Origin: an uncultured cyanobacterium
GTDB taxonomy: Bacteria; Cyanobacteriota; Cyanobacteriia; Cyanobacteriales; Cyanobacteriaceae
Assembly: GCA_963749915.1 (NCBI GenBank)
Contig: CAVVOP010000005.1
Span: 32,001 to 96,000 of the forward strand
Direction of reading: 5' to 3'
Length of the DNA: 64,000 bases
Position 1 is the first letter of the stretch; each line of letters begins with the position of its first letter. Positions 8,630 to 21,068 of the stretch are shown here, one piece after another. The notes beneath the pieces are model-generated. The model was given only the letters and a program-made list of their open reading frames with translations, was not told the origin of the DNA and ran no database searches. Both the position numbers and the translations under genes were made by a program.

Positions 8630-10039
8630 CTATTTTATCAAAGTTTCTAAAGAACGAGTTAAAACGGGAATTGTTTGCCCAGAAACACTATAAACTAACG
8701 CTTCTCTGTAAATTCTGTTAGCGCAATGATATTCTTGATTGGCTTCTCCTTTTGAACTTATAATAGCTGCAATCGCACAACGATAGGCTAAACTAATAGC
8801 CTGTACCCTTAAATCTAACTTTTGCTCAAAATTATCGTTAGGGTGAATAACCATATCTAACATTTTGCTTTGCAAATTCTCCGTTTGAGCCTTTAATCGA
8901 CTATGACTATCTGTAACCCTGGGTAAATTTATTTTTTGACAGTTATCCCCTAAAACTCTTAACCCTGCTAAACTACAACCCAAGGCAAAAAATCCATGAT
9001 GTAAAACATTTTCTTCATCTTTTTGATGGATAGCCTGATAAGGTTTAATCATAACTACATCTTCTGAGGATAAAAACCAATGATTTAATCTAGCAGTTAC
9101 AGTATTAGTACTATTCATCGCACTAAGTTTCATAGTAGGGCTAAATTCGAGGTTATAATTGTTCTTAAAAGGCACAATGCCATATAATTCTTGTCCATCA
9201 GGTAAAGTAGCACCGATAATAAAATAAGAGAAAATATCATAACCTGTAATCCACGGCACAAATCCAGTTAATTTATAGCCTCTTTTGGTGGGGATCGCCA
9301 TTACCGATGGTTTTTTTCGTCTTCTTAAATGGGAAAAACCGACACCACAAAATTGATTTTCTTTGGTGATTTTTCGTAAATATTTTTCTTGTACTATGTC
9401 ATTTTTGCTCTGACTTAGCATGGCGATCGCACTTTGATGTTGAGTTTGTAAAAATGATAAAGCCCCTGAATATTTAGCAATCATTATTTGCCATGAATAA
9501 AAACCTAAATTACTGATACCGGGACCGCCCCAATTTTTGGTTAATTTCAGTTGAAAAAAACAAGGATTAATTTTATTCATTTTGTCTAGAGTTTCCTTGA
9601 GAACATTACTATGCTTATCGAGTGTCTCTCCCTTTAACAAGACTTCCTTTTCTAAAAAATCCTCTCCTTGTTGTAAAATATTTTGCTCTAATTCTGTTAA
9701 ATTATTACTAATACTTTTTGCCGATTCTATGGAAATCAAAAGAAGCTTTTCATTAAATTTTCCTCTCAATTTACCCTTGTGTTTTTGAACCTTAATAATA
9801 TCTTTTTTCTCTAATTTATAAACTTTGATTAATGCATCGATTACTTCATAAACATCAGCAATTTCTTCTAGCAAATTATTTTTATTAGCTGTTAATACTT
9901 CTTGTGATTCTTCTATTAATTTATGTTTTAAAGCCTCTTTATATTCAGAATTAGATAACTTTTTTACTTGACATTTCCGATTATTTGAGTTAATAATCTG
10001 AGGAATTTTATCTCTAATTAATTTTTGATATTCACTCAT
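8630..10039 (-). CDS. fusion: MazG-like NTP pyrophosphohydrolase domain + acyl-CoA dehydrogenase-fold protein
   Basis: N-term YQKLIRDKIPQII..KLIEESQEV..EEIADVYEVIDAL; C-term SGALSFLQTQHQSA, GVGFSHLRR, PWITG, ANRIYREALVYSVSGQ. Confidence 0.8.
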   Translation of the reverse strand: MSEYQKLIRDKIPQIINSNNRKCQVKKLSNSEYKEALKHKLIEESQEVLTANKNNLLEEIADVYEVIDALIKVYKLEKKDIIKVQKHKGKLRGKFNEKLLLISIESAKSISNNLTELEQNILQQGEDFLEKEVLLKGETLDKHSNVLKETLDKMNKINPCFFQLKLTKNWGGPGISNLGFYSWQIMIAKYSGALSFLQTQHQSAIAMLSQSKNDIVQEKYLRKITKENQFCGVGFSHLRRRKKPSVMAIPTKRGYKLTGFVPWITGYDIFSYFIIGATLPDGQELYGIVPFKNNYNLEFSPTMKLSAMNSTNTVTARLNHWFLSSEDVVMIKPYQAIHQKDEENVLHHGFFALGCSLAGLRVLGDNCQKINLPRVTDSHSRLKAQTENLQSKMLDMVIHPNDNFEQKLDLRVQAISLAYRCAIAAIISSKGEANQEYHCANRIYREALVYSVSGQTIPVLTRSLETLIK

Positions 10040-10270
10040 AATTTAAAATATAATAAAAATCGGGATGTTATTTAGGTGGATTCTTAATACATTTTGTTAA
10101 GTCACCTGAATAAAACATGCCGTTGTAGCTATGTTTATATTTAAGTTAGATGTTTATTTCTCATTGTTGGACGCCGAGAAAATTTGCATAACAAATTGTA
10201 CACAGACTCAATGTTCTCGAATTTATTCCAAACTATAATATTTAATTATAAGTAATCAGATTTATAAATT

Positions 10271-12070
10271 ATGTCAATGGATAATAATTTAACCCCAAAA
10301 GTTTATCAATGTATTATTAGTTGTCCTGTTCCCCAACTACCCCATATCCCCTTTATTTTCATCGTAGAAGAAGATTCCCCCCATAGGTATGTGTTAACGA
10401 CAGCCCTTCCTGATACTGCTTTATCTCCTTTTGCGGTCGTCGGCGATCGCCAATTTTTTTCTGTAGAAATAAAGGACATCAAACCTACAGAAAGAGGAAT
10501 TTTAGACGAAAATTTAGATCAAGTAGAGAGTTTTGACCGTGAAAATTTAAAATCTGCCGGCATACCTGATTTAGCTTTTTCTTATCTCACCTTAACGGAA
10601 TATAACCCCACAGTGCCAGAATTATTTGACGGCTGGCAAGATTCAGAACATAATCAGGAATTAGTTATTATCAGTAACTATCAGACATATCAAACACTAT
10701 CTGATTATTTGAGTAATACTCAGCCAGAAACAGTGGAGGTTTTAGAGTATTTACAGAAAACCGCTGGACTGTGGAAAAGTTTTGGGAAAACTAATTGCTG
10801 CGAAACATTATTAAAATTAGATAACTTAAAAATCGCCGAAGATGGAACATTAATTGTTGAGAAAATCTATTTTGACGATCCTAATAATCCTTCTTTATTA
10901 AGACAATTGGTCGAAACATGGGGTTATTTATTAGAGCATTTAGGAGAAGACTATAAAACCATTATTACTGATTTGATGATCAAAATTGAATCTGGTGATA
11001 TTGATGATCCTCAACAGTTGCGCTCGGAATTAGAAATAATCATTCAAGAAATGGAAATAGAGTCCATCCTAGAAGAACAAATAATGGAAGAAGGAGAGGG
11101 CGCAATTTTCGTTCACGGAAAAGAAGAATTAAACGCCTTCGTAGATCAATTTGATTATGAAGAATCTGAAGATGAAGAAGTCACCCAAATTAATAAGCTC
11201 GATGATGATGATCAACCGACCTTAGTGCTTCCCATGAGACTTTTAAGCCTTAATAGTGCGGGTTTGAGTGATGTGGGGCGAAGAAGAGAACAAAATGAAG
11301 ATTGTTTTGCCATTGACACTAATATTCAAAATAAAGAAAGTCCCCAAGGTACTTATTATGAGGCAAAAGGCTTGTTTATCCTGTGTGATGGGATGGGTGG
11401 TCACGAGGGTGGAGAAGTGGCCAGTACCATGGCGGTTAAGCACATCTATCAATATTTTCAAGATCATTGGACTGATGAACTGCCAGAACCAGAAATAATC
11501 AAAGAATGTATCCTTGGGGCCAACGAAGCAATCTACTCCACCAATGTCGAAAAAGGGCAAACGGGTTCTGGTAGAATGGGTACAACCTTAGTTCTTACTC
11601 TCCTAAAAGGGACAAAAGTTGCCATCGCCCATGTGGGGGATAGTCGGATTTATCGAATTACCCGTAAATGGGGATTAGAACAATTAACCAGGGATCATTC
11701 TGTGGCACAGCATGAAATTCAACACGGTGTGGAATCGGAAATCGCTTTTGCCCGACCCGATGCTTATCAATTAACTCAGGCATTAGGCCCCAGAAATACC
11801 CCTTTCGTCAATCCTGATATTAATTATTTAGACATTAAAGAAGATACATTATTACTCATGTGTTCTGATGGTTTATGTGACAATGACTTATTAGAAAATC
11901 ATTGGGAGAGTGCACTTTTACCCTTAATAAGTTCTAAACGGAATCTCGAAGAAGGCATTAGTCGAATTATCGATCTCGGCAATCAAGTTAACGGTCATGA
12001 TAATATTACCTGTCTTTTAATCCGTATTAAAGTACAGCCCCGTTTAGACCAGAAAAATTTGATTTTCTAA
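10271..12070 (+). CDS. PP2C-family Ser/Thr protein phosphatase with long acidic N-terminal region
   Basis: DVGRRREQNED, LCDGMGGH, HVGDSR, CSDGL, GHDNIT. Confidence 0.9.
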   Translation: MSMDNNLTPKVYQCIISCPVPQLPHIPFIFIVEEDSPHRYVLTTALPDTALSPFAVVGDRQFFSVEIKDIKPTERGILDENLDQVESFDRENLKSAGIPDLAFSYLTLTEYNPTVPELFDGWQDSEHNQELVIISNYQTYQTLSDYLSNTQPETVEVLEYLQKTAGLWKSFGKTNCCETLLKLDNLKIAEDGTLIVEKIYFDDPNNPSLLRQLVETWGYLLEHLGEDYKTIITDLMIKIESGDIDDPQQLRSELEIIIQEMEIESILEEQIMEEGEGAIFVHGKEELNAFVDQFDYEESEDEEVTQINKLDDDDQPTLVLPMRLLSLNSAGLSDVGRRREQNEDCFAIDTNIQNKESPQGTYYEAKGLFILCDGMGGHEGGEVASTMAVKHIYQYFQDHWTDELPEPEIIKECILGANEAIYSTNVEKGQTGSGRMGTTLVLTLLKGTKVAIAHVGDSRIYRITRKWGLEQLTRDHSVAQHEIQHGVESEIAFARPDAYQLTQALGPRNTPFVNPDINYLDIKEDTLLLMCSDGLCDNDLLENHWESALLPLISSKRNLEEGISRIIDLGNQVNGHDNITCLLIRIKVQPRLDQKNLIF

Positions 12071-12171
12071 ACATTTGCGTCAATAAGTAAGGTCTTCTCC
12101 TTACTCAGTGGCATGGTGTGCGCGATCGCAGTAAAATAGAAAGAGGAATCAAAATTAAACTGAAAAAAGTA

Positions 12172-14106
12172 ATGACAGAAAGTTCAACTGCCCAGAAAAA
12201 AAGGTCTAAAGTCGAGGGTATCAAGGAGCGTAGTAATTGTTTACGAGAGCCGATCGCAACAGAGTTACAACAAGATACAACCCATTTTAGCGAAGATGGT
12301 ATTCAAATTCTCAAGTTTCATGGTTCATATCAACAAGATAACCGAGATAATCGGGTTAAAGGGCAAGAAAAAGACTATCAATTTATGTTACGCACCCGTA
12401 ATCCCGGCGGTTTTATCCCCCCCCAACTATATCTTACCCTTGAGAATCTTTCTGAGCAATATGGAAATCATACATTGCGAGTCACAACTAGACAAGGTTA
12501 TCAAATTCATGGTATCCTTAAAAAAAATCTGAAGACGGTCATTGGTAGTATTGTCAAGAGCATGGGGTCAACTTTGGGTGCTTGTGGTGACTTAAATCGT
12601 AATGTCATGGCACCTCCTGCCCCCTATAAAAACCGTCCTGACTATCAGTATGCATGGGAATACGCCGAAAAAATCGCCGACTTACTTACCCCTCAAACTG
12701 GTGCTTATTATGAAATTTGGTTAGACGGTGAAAAAGCCATTACTGCCGAAGAAGCCCCCAAAATTAAGGCCTATCGCCAAAAAGACCTAAATGGCGGTAA
12801 TTTCAGCGATTCTGAAGAGCCCATTTACGGCACTTATTATCTGCCCCGTAAGTTCAAATGTTCTGTTACTGTCCCTGGGGATAACTCCATCGATATTTAT
12901 ACCCATGATCTTAGCTTAGTCGTTATTGCCAATGATAAAGGAGAATTACAGGGATTTAACATTCTTGCCGGAGGTGGCTTAGGACGCACCCATCGTAAAG
13001 AAGAAACCTTTGCTCGTAGTGCTGACGAAATTGGTTATGTTAGCAAGGAAGATGTTTTTGATTTAGTTAAAGCAGTAGTGGCAACTCAACGGGATTATGG
13101 CGATCGTGTAAATCGTCGTCATGCACGGATGAAATACTTAATCAATGATTGGGGAGTAGCCAAATTTACCGCTCAACTAGAAGAATATTTCGGTAAAAAG
13201 TTAGAGGCTTTTAAACCCTTGCCAGAATGGAAATATGAGGACTACTTAGGATGGCATGAACAAGGGGACGGAAAACTATTTATAGGGATTTCGGTGGAAA
13301 ATGGGAGGGTAAAAAATGAAGGTAATTTTAAACTCAAAGAAGCCTTAAAAACGGTCATTGAAAAATATGAATTGCCCACTCGTTTAACCCCTAACCATAA
13401 CATTATTCTTTACGAAATTGATCCTCAATGGCAAGAAGATATAAGCCAAATTTTTATTAATCATGGCATAGAAATTAACCCTGAAAATGTTAATCATCTT
13501 ACCCGTTATTCTATGGCTTGTCCGGCCTTACCAACCTGCGGATTAGCTACCACAGAATCTGAGCGAATTTTACCCAGCATTCTCGAAAGAATTGACGCAC
13601 TGTTAGCTCAATTAAATATGGCAGAAGAAACCTTTGTGATTCGGATGACAGGATGCCCCAACGGTTGTGCTCGACCTTATATGGCAGAATTGGGCTTTGT
13701 GGGAGATTCCCCTAATGTTTATCAAATATGGCTGGCAGGTTGCCCAAATCAAACCCGTTTAGCACGAGTTTATGTTGATAAATTAAATATAGCCAATCTG
13801 GAGAAATTTTTAGAACCTTTACTCGTCTTTTTCCGTGATAATAAAGAAAATGACGAGACTTTTGGTGATTTTTGTCACCGTGTGGGTTTTGATAATTTAC
13901 GAGGCTTCGCAGATAAATATAAACCTAGGAAGAAAAAAGTGATGAAAAAAAGCGAAAAACAACCCCGTAAAAAACGTAATGAGCATCGCATCAGTGTTAA
14001 TGACCAATGGTATCAAAAATTAAAAACTACTTCCACTGAGCAGAACAAAGGGATGAATCAAATTGTATCTGAAGCCTTATCTGCCTATTTTGGTAAAGAG
14101 AAATAA
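12172..14106 (+). CDS. sir: ferredoxin-dependent sulfite reductase
   Basis: [43 protein letters not shown] siroheme/[4Fe-4S] motifs; start placed at MTESS. Confidence 0.95.
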   Translation: MTESSTAQKKRSKVEGIKERSNCLREPIATELQQDTTHFSEDGIQILKFHGSYQQDNRDNRVKGQEKDYQFMLRTRNPGGFIPPQLYLTLENLSEQYGNHTLRVTTRQGYQIHGILKKNLKTVIGSIVKSMGSTLGACGDLNRNVMAPPAPYKNRPDYQYAWEYAEKIADLLTPQTGAYYEIWLDGEKAITAEEAPKIKAYRQKDLNGGNFSDSEEPIYGTYYLPRKFKCSVTVPGDNSIDIYTHDLSLVVIANDKGELQGFNILAGGGLGRTHRKEETFARSADEIGYVSKEDVFDLVKAVVATQRDYGDRVNRRHARMKYLINDWGVAKFTAQLEEYFGKKLEAFKPLPEWKYEDYLGWHEQGDGKLFIGISVENGRVKNEGNFKLKEALKTVIEKYELPTRLTPNHNIILYEIDPQWQEDISQIFINHGIEINPENVNHLTRYSMACPALPTCGLATTESERILPSILERIDALLAQLNMAEETFVIRMTGCPNGCARPYMAELGFVGDSPNVYQIWLAGCPNQTRLARVYVDKLNIANLEKFLEPLLVFFRDNKENDETFGDFCHRVGFDNLRGFADKYKPRKKKVMKKSEKQPRKKRNEHRISVNDQWYQKLKTTSTEQNKGMNQIVSEALSAYFGKEK

Positions 14107-14191
14107 TAATCAAAAATGGCTCTTCAACTTTAAGTATAATAAAAGTTTCTAATATGTTTTAGAGCCTTAATGGTTAATGGTTAATTAATAT

Positions 14192-15286
14192 CTAGCCCAA
14201 TTGTGCTAAGGTTTCTTTTAGTGCGGCTAAGGCACTTAAAACATCTCTTTCTGATACAAAGCCTAAATGCCCCATACGGAAAATTTTACCACTGAGATGA
14301 TCTTGTCCACCGGCTAAGGCAATGTCAAATCTCTTTCTCATGGTTGAGCGAATTGCCTCTGCATCATGTTTGTCAGGTATTACCGCTGTGATAGCTAAAG
14401 CGGCGGCCTCGTCCCTAGCAAATAAAGGTAAACCTAATGCCTTAATTCCTTCACGGGCAACTTTAGTTAAACGTTTATGGCGATCGAAAATATTTTGTAA
14501 CCCTTCCTCCTTCATCATTTCTAATGAGGCTTTCAAGGCGAACATTAAATTAATGGCAGGGGTAAAAGGAGAACTATTTTTGGCGTTGGCTTTCTTATAG
14601 GGTGCTAAATCTAAGTAGAATTTAGGTAAATTAGCATTTTTATAGGCTTCCCATGCTTTTTCACTGACCGCCACAAAACCCAATCCGGGAGGGATCATAT
14701 AGCCTTTTTGTGAGCCAGAGGCTACAATATCTAAACCCCATTCATCCATAGGCACATTGACAGCCCCTAAACTGGTAACGGCATCGACAATTATTAAGGC
14801 TTCGCCGTGTGCTTTTACGTATTTGTTGATGGTTTCTAAGTCATTTAACACCCCCGTGGAAGTCTCAGAATGAGTGATGATGACAGCTTTGATTTTTTTC
14901 TCTCTATCGGCTTCTAGTTTAGCTCTAAAATCTTCAGGATCAAGTTGTTTTCCCCATTCTGCCGTAATTTCTTCTACTTGTAAACCAAAAGCACGACTCA
15001 GAATAGCCCATCTTTCGCCAAATTTACCGTTATTTCCGACTAAAACATGATCACCAGCACTTAAGAAGTTAATAATACCGGCTTCCATCGCCCCAGTACC
15101 TGATGAGCACAAAGTTAGAACTTCGTTTTTAGTTTGATGTAACCATTTTAAATTTTCGTTTAACTCACCCACAATTGTGCTGAAATCACCGCTACGATGC
15201 CCTATGGGATGTTGTGCCATGGCTAACAATACTCTTTCTGGCACGGGAGTAGGTCCGGGAATCATTAACATTAATTTGTCTTGCAT
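14192..15286 (-). CDS. class V PLP aminotransferase (alanine/serine-glyoxylate aminotransferase family)
   Basis: MIPGPTPVP, HSETSTG, VDAVTS, SGSQKG (PLP lysine), FRMGHLG. Confidence 0.9.
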   Translation of the reverse strand: MQDKLMLMIPGPTPVPERVLLAMAQHPIGHRSGDFSTIVGELNENLKWLHQTKNEVLTLCSSGTGAMEAGIINFLSAGDHVLVGNNGKFGERWAILSRAFGLQVEEITAEWGKQLDPEDFRAKLEADREKKIKAVIITHSETSTGVLNDLETINKYVKAHGEALIIVDAVTSLGAVNVPMDEWGLDIVASGSQKGYMIPPGLGFVAVSEKAWEAYKNANLPKFYLDLAPYKKANAKNSSPFTPAINLMFALKASLEMMKEEGLQNIFDRHKRLTKVAREGIKALGLPLFARDEAAALAITAVIPDKHDAEAIRSTMRKRFDIALAGGQDHLSGKIFRMGHLGFVSERDVLSALAALKETLAQLG

Positions 15287-15337
15287 ATTTTTTAAACCCT
15301 CGAGTACAGTAAATAATTATCAATGAAAAATTGTCAA

Positions 15338-16318
<981 letters not shown>

Positions 16319-16644
16319 TTAGTTAATAATATCTAGGAACTTAAAATTATACAGAATAATGTGTAAGGGTCAGCAAATTTTAGGACTTTTTTTAATAAAA
16401 ATAGTCTTTTTGCTAATGATCAACCTTGTCTGACTCGGATTAGTTACGGCATAATGGTAAAGTTGACTTCCCATAATCATAGAACATTTTGAGGCAGAAA
16501 ACAATAATGATGTAATTGTCCTTGATCCTGTCCTAAAAAAAAAGTATTTTCCTAATTCTGAATCTGTTAATTCGACTTTAACTTAAGAAATTCATTGAAG
16601 TTGATTTCTCAAAAGATGCAAAATTTCAAGGCTAATATAAATTA

Positions 16645-17724
16645 ATGAATGATTTTGATCGGAAAATAATGCAACGATGCCTTGAATTAGCGAAAAAAGC
16701 ACAAGGCAAAACATCTCCGAATCCTTTAGTTGGTGCAGTGGTTGTCAAGAATGGTCATATTATCGGTGAGGGTTTCCATCCCCAGGTCGGACAACCCCAT
16801 GCTGAAGTTTTTGCACTACAAGCTGCCGGTTTAGAAGCAGAAAACGCCACAGTATATGTTAATTTAGAGCCTTGTAATCATCATGGACGTACACCCCCCT
16901 GCACCGAGGCCTTAATCAACGCTAAAGTTAAGAAAGTGGTGGTAGGAATGATCGATCCTGATGGTCGTGTTTCTGGCGATGGCATCAGAAAATTGGTAGA
17001 AGCAGGAATTGAGGTAAAAGTCGGCATTGAGGAAGAGGCCTGTTTAAAATTAAATGAGGCTTTTATCCATCGAGTGAAATATCAACGCCCTTTTGGTATC
17101 TTTAAATATGCCATGACTTTAGACGGTAAAATCGCTACAAATACAGGTCATAGTCAATGGATTACAGGCACTTCCGCTCGAAATTTTGTCCATCATTTAA
17201 GAAGTAGTTGTGATGCAGTTATTGTCGGTGGTAACACTGTTAGACGTGATAATCCCCACTTAACGACTCATGGGATGACGGATCACAATCCCTTGCGGGT
17301 AGTAATGACGAAAACCCTAGATTTACCCTTAAACCTTCGCCTTTGGGATATAAAGGAGGCAAAAACGGTTATTTTTAGCAATCACCAATCTAATCATACC
17401 CTTAAAAATCAATTATTAGATCAAGGAATAGAAATTATTGAAATAGAAGACATTAACCCTTCTCTCGTTATGGATAATCTTTATCAACGGGGTTTAAATA
17501 GTGTTTTGTGGGAATGCGGTGGTAATTTAGCTTCACAGGCCATCGCCTGTGGTAATGTACAAAAAGTTTATGCTTTTATTGCTCCAAAAATTATCGGCGG
17601 AGAAAATGCCTCTACTCCCGTTGGTGATTTAAGTATTAATAATATGAGTGACGCTTTATTGCTCAAAAATACTCAAATTCACCACATTGGCGGTGATTTT
17701 TTAATAGAAGGCTATCTTACTTAA
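16645..17724 (+). CDS. ribD: bifunctional riboflavin deaminase/reductase
   Basis: TSPNPLVG, PHAEV, LEPCNHHGRTPPC, AMTLDGKIA. Confidence 0.95.
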   Translation: MNDFDRKIMQRCLELAKKAQGKTSPNPLVGAVVVKNGHIIGEGFHPQVGQPHAEVFALQAAGLEAENATVYVNLEPCNHHGRTPPCTEALINAKVKKVVVGMIDPDGRVSGDGIRKLVEAGIEVKVGIEEEACLKLNEAFIHRVKYQRPFGIFKYAMTLDGKIATNTGHSQWITGTSARNFVHHLRSSCDAVIVGGNTVRRDNPHLTTHGMTDHNPLRVVMTKTLDLPLNLRLWDIKEAKTVIFSNHQSNHTLKNQLLDQGIEIIEIEDINPSLVMDNLYQRGLNSVLWECGGNLASQAIACGNVQKVYAFIAPKIIGGENASTPVGDLSINNMSDALLLKNTQIHHIGGDFLIEGYLT

Positions 17725-17795
17725 CATTTGACTATATTTGTAGTCTATTTATGTCTACAATAAGTTATAGCACGCAAGAAGTAATATATAATTAA

Positions 17796-17825
17796 TTGAC
17801 AAAATTCGAAAAAATGAGATACGAT
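17796..17825 (+). promoter_or_regulatory. putative promoter of the rpsL (str) operon
   Basis: TTGACA, 18-nt spacer, TACGAT, about 80 nt upstream of rpsL. Confidence 0.5.
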
Positions 17826-17904
17826 GGTAGATTGTCACTGGTAATATATACTAGAGGCAAATGATATTTATATATACAAAAAATGTGTATAAAAAGCATA
17901 CCTC

Positions 17905-18279
17905 ATGCCAACTATTCAACAACTAATTCGTAGCGAACGTTCTCTAATTCGGAAAAAAACTAAATCCCCCGCCCTTAAAGAATGTCCTCAGCGTCGGGGT
18001 GTCTGCACAAGGGTTTATACGACAACGCCGAAAAAACCCAACTCAGCTTTAAGAAAAGTCGCAAGGGTCAGATTAACTTCAGGATTTGAAGTAACCGCTT
18101 ATATCCCCGGTATTGGTCATAACCTCCAAGAACACTCCGTTGTTTTAATTAGGGGGGGCAGGGTGAAAGACTTACCCGGTGTCAGATACCACATCGTCAG
18201 AGGCACTCTTGATGCTACTGGGGTAAAAGACAGAAAACAAGGACGCTCCAAATATGGAGCAAAACGTCCTAAAGCCTAG
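17905..18279 (+). CDS. rpsL: 30S ribosomal protein S12
   Basis: [35 protein letters not shown]. Confidence 0.99.
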   Translation: MPTIQQLIRSERSLIRKKTKSPALKECPQRRGVCTRVYTTTPKKPNSALRKVARVRLTSGFEVTAYIPGIGHNLQEHSVVLIRGGRVKDLPGVRYHIVRGTLDATGVKDRKQGRSKYGAKRPKA

Positions 18280-18326
18280 ACTAAATGATTGATCTAACTA
18301 GAAATAACATTAAGGATAATAGATAA

Positions 18327-18797
18327 ATGTCTCGCAGAAGCAAAGCTAAAACAGTAGAAGTTCCCCCAGATCCAGTATATAACAGTCGTCTGGTGAACAT
18401 GACCATCCGTCGTATTATGAAAGACGGTAAAAAATCCCTTGCCGCCAGGATTTTATATGACGCTTTAAGTATCATCTCTGAAAGAACTGGTACTGAACCG
18501 ATGGAAACTTTTGAAAAGGCCATTAAAAACCTCACCCCCTTAGTAGAAGTTAAGGCTAGACGGGTTGGTGGTGCCACCTATCAAGTACCCATGGAAGTTC
18601 GCACATCTCGTGGTAGTAGTCTTGCCTTACGTTGGTTGATCCAATTCTCTCGCAAAAGAAGTGGTAAAACCATGTCCATGAAATTGGCTAACGAAATCAT
18701 GGATGCGGCTAACGAAACTGGTGGTGCTATCAAAAAAAGGGAAGAAACCCATAAAATGGCTGAAGCAAACAAGGCTTTTGCCCATTATCGTTACTAA
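18327..18797 (+). CDS. rpsG: 30S ribosomal protein S7
   Basis: [31 protein letters not shown]. Confidence 0.99.
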   Translation: MSRRSKAKTVEVPPDPVYNSRLVNMTIRRIMKDGKKSLAARILYDALSIISERTGTEPMETFEKAIKNLTPLVEVKARRVGGATYQVPMEVRTSRGSSLALRWLIQFSRKRSGKTMSMKLANEIMDAANETGGAIKKREETHKMAEANKAFAHYRY

Positions 18798-18959
18798 ATC
18801 CGTATTTGATTGACAAAAAAAATTTGCTTTCTACATTATTGTAATTTTCCTCTTCCCCAAAGTGGTAAGTTTTGTAAATAACGGTGTAGAATAGTCAACG
18901 GTGTCAATTTTTACCAGAAACCACTTTAATAGTGTTGCTCTAAGTCAAGGGAGGGAACT

Positions 18960-21035
18960 GTGGCTCGTATAATTCCGCTAGAGAAAGTCCGCAATATTGG
19001 TATTGTGGCTCATATAGATGCGGGTAAAACCACTACGACAGAAAGAATACTTTTTTACTCCGGTATTGTTCACAAGATTGGGGAGGTTCATGATGGTAAT
19101 GCTGTCACTGACTGGATGGAGCAGGAAAGAGAGCGGGGAATAACTATCACTGCCGCTGCTATCAGTACTGATTGGCGAAATCATCACATTAATATTATTG
19201 ATACCCCCGGTCACGTTGACTTTACCATTGAGGTGGAAAGGTCTATGCGTGTATTAGATGGAGTTATCGCCGTATTTTGTTCTGTGGGTGGTGTTCAACC
19301 TCAGTCGGAAACTGTTTGGCGGCAAGCCGATCGCTATCATGTTCCTCGTATTGCTTTTGTCAATAAAATGGATCGCACTGGGGCAAATTTCTTTAAAGTA
19401 TATGAACAGGTGAAAGAGCGTCTTCGTGCGCCCGCTATTCCTGTTCAAATTCCCATCGGTAGTGAAGATCATTTCCAAGGCATCGTGGATTTAGTTACCA
19501 TGAAAGCTCATATCTACAAAGATGATTTGGGTCAAGATGTAGAGGTAACGAAAATTCCGACAGAACTGCAAGAGTTGGCCCAGGAATATCATGGCTATCT
19601 GATCGAGGCAGTAGCGGAGTCAGACGAGCATCTTTTGGAAAAATACTTGAGGGAAGAAGAAATTACCGAGGCGGAAATAAAACAAGCCCTCCGTCAAGGC
19701 ACTGTTGAGGGAGCAATTATCCCGATGCTGTGCGGTTCTGCTTTTAAAAATAAGGGTGTACAACTACTGTTAGATGCGGTGGTAGATTATTTACCGGCAC
19801 CAACGGAAGTCCCCGCTATTAAAGGAGTATTACCCGAAGGAGGAGAGGCTTTTAGACACTCCGGTGATGATGAACCTTTTTCGGCTTTGGCCTTTAAAAT
19901 TGCCTCAGATCCCTACGGTCGTTTAACATTTATTCGGGTCTATTCGGGGGTTTTGGAAAAGGGTAGTTATGTTTATAATGCTACTAAAAACAAAAAAGAA
20001 CGCATCTCTCGTTTAATTATTCTCAAAGCTAACGATCGCATTGAGGTAGATGAGTTAAGGGCTGGAGATTTAGGAGCAATTATTGGCTTAAAATTTACCA
20101 CCACAGGGGATACTTTATGTGATGATCAAAACCCGATCATTTTAGAGTCCTTATATGTACCTGAACCTGTCATTTCCGTGGCCGTAGAACCAAAAACTAC
20201 CGAGGACATGGATAAGTTATCGAAGGCTTTACAATCTCTTTCTGATGAAGATCCCACTTTTAAAGTCAGTGTAGATCCCGAAACTAACCAAACGGTCATC
20301 GCTGGCATGGGAGAATTACATTTAGAGATTTTAGTCGATCGCATGTTACGAGAGTTCAAAGTAGAGGCCCATGTGGGACAACCCCAAGTATCTTATCGAG
20401 AAACTATCCGTAAAGCGGCAAGTGCTGAAGGAAAGTTCATCCGTCAAAGTGGAGGTAAAGGACAATATGGTCATGTAGTGATTGAACTTGAACCTCAAGA
20501 AGAAGGAAAGGGTTTTGAATTTGTCTCGAAAATAGTCGGCGGTACAATTCCTAAAGAATATATCCCTTCTGTGGCTCAGGGCATAAAAGAAGCCTGTGAG
20601 TCCGGCATCATAGCGGGTTATCCAGTAATTGATCTCAAAGTAACACTGGTTGATGGTTCCTATCATGATGTGGACTCCTCAGAAATGGCGTTTAAAATAG
20701 CCGGTTCAATGGCAATTCGGGATGGTGTTGAAAAAGCAGCACCTGTGTTGTTAGAACCGGTGATGAAGGTTGAAGTAGAAGTCCCAGAAAATTTCTTAGG
20801 AGATGTAATGGGAGATCTCAACTCTCGTCGTGGCACTATTGAGGGCATGAACTCAGAATACGGTTTAGCTAAAGTTACAGCCAAAGTTCCTTTAGGGGCG
20901 ATGTTCGGATATGCGACTGATATTCGCTCTAAGACCCAAGGACGTGGTATATTTAGCATGGAGTTTAGCAATTATGCTGAAGTTCCCAGCAATGTGGCAA
21001 ATACCATTGTTGCTAAAAATAGAGGTTATCTATAA
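18960..21035 (+). CDS. fusA: elongation factor G
   Basis: [32 protein letters not shown] start with GGGAGG SD. Confidence 0.99.
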   Translation: MARIIPLEKVRNIGIVAHIDAGKTTTTERILFYSGIVHKIGEVHDGNAVTDWMEQERERGITITAAAISTDWRNHHINIIDTPGHVDFTIEVERSMRVLDGVIAVFCSVGGVQPQSETVWRQADRYHVPRIAFVNKMDRTGANFFKVYEQVKERLRAPAIPVQIPIGSEDHFQGIVDLVTMKAHIYKDDLGQDVEVTKIPTELQELAQEYHGYLIEAVAESDEHLLEKYLREEEITEAEIKQALRQGTVEGAIIPMLCGSAFKNKGVQLLLDAVVDYLPAPTEVPAIKGVLPEGGEAFRHSGDDEPFSALAFKIASDPYGRLTFIRVYSGVLEKGSYVYNATKNKKERISRLIILKANDRIEVDELRAGDLGAIIGLKFTTTGDTLCDDQNPIILESLYVPEPVISVAVEPKTTEDMDKLSKALQSLSDEDPTFKVSVDPETNQTVIAGMGELHLEILVDRMLREFKVEAHVGQPQVSYRETIRKAASAEGKFIRQSGGKGQYGHVVIELEPQEEGKGFEFVSKIVGGTIPKEYIPSVAQGIKEACESGIIAGYPVIDLKVTLVDGSYHDVDSSEMAFKIAGSMAIRDGVEKAAPVLLEPVMKVEVEVPENFLGDVMGDLNSRRGTIEGMNSEYGLAKVTAKVPLGAMFGYATDIRSKTQGRGIFSMEFSNYAEVPSNVANTIVAKNRGYL

Positions 21036-21068
21036 ATTAATTAATTAAACAAAGGAAAAAACACAAAA

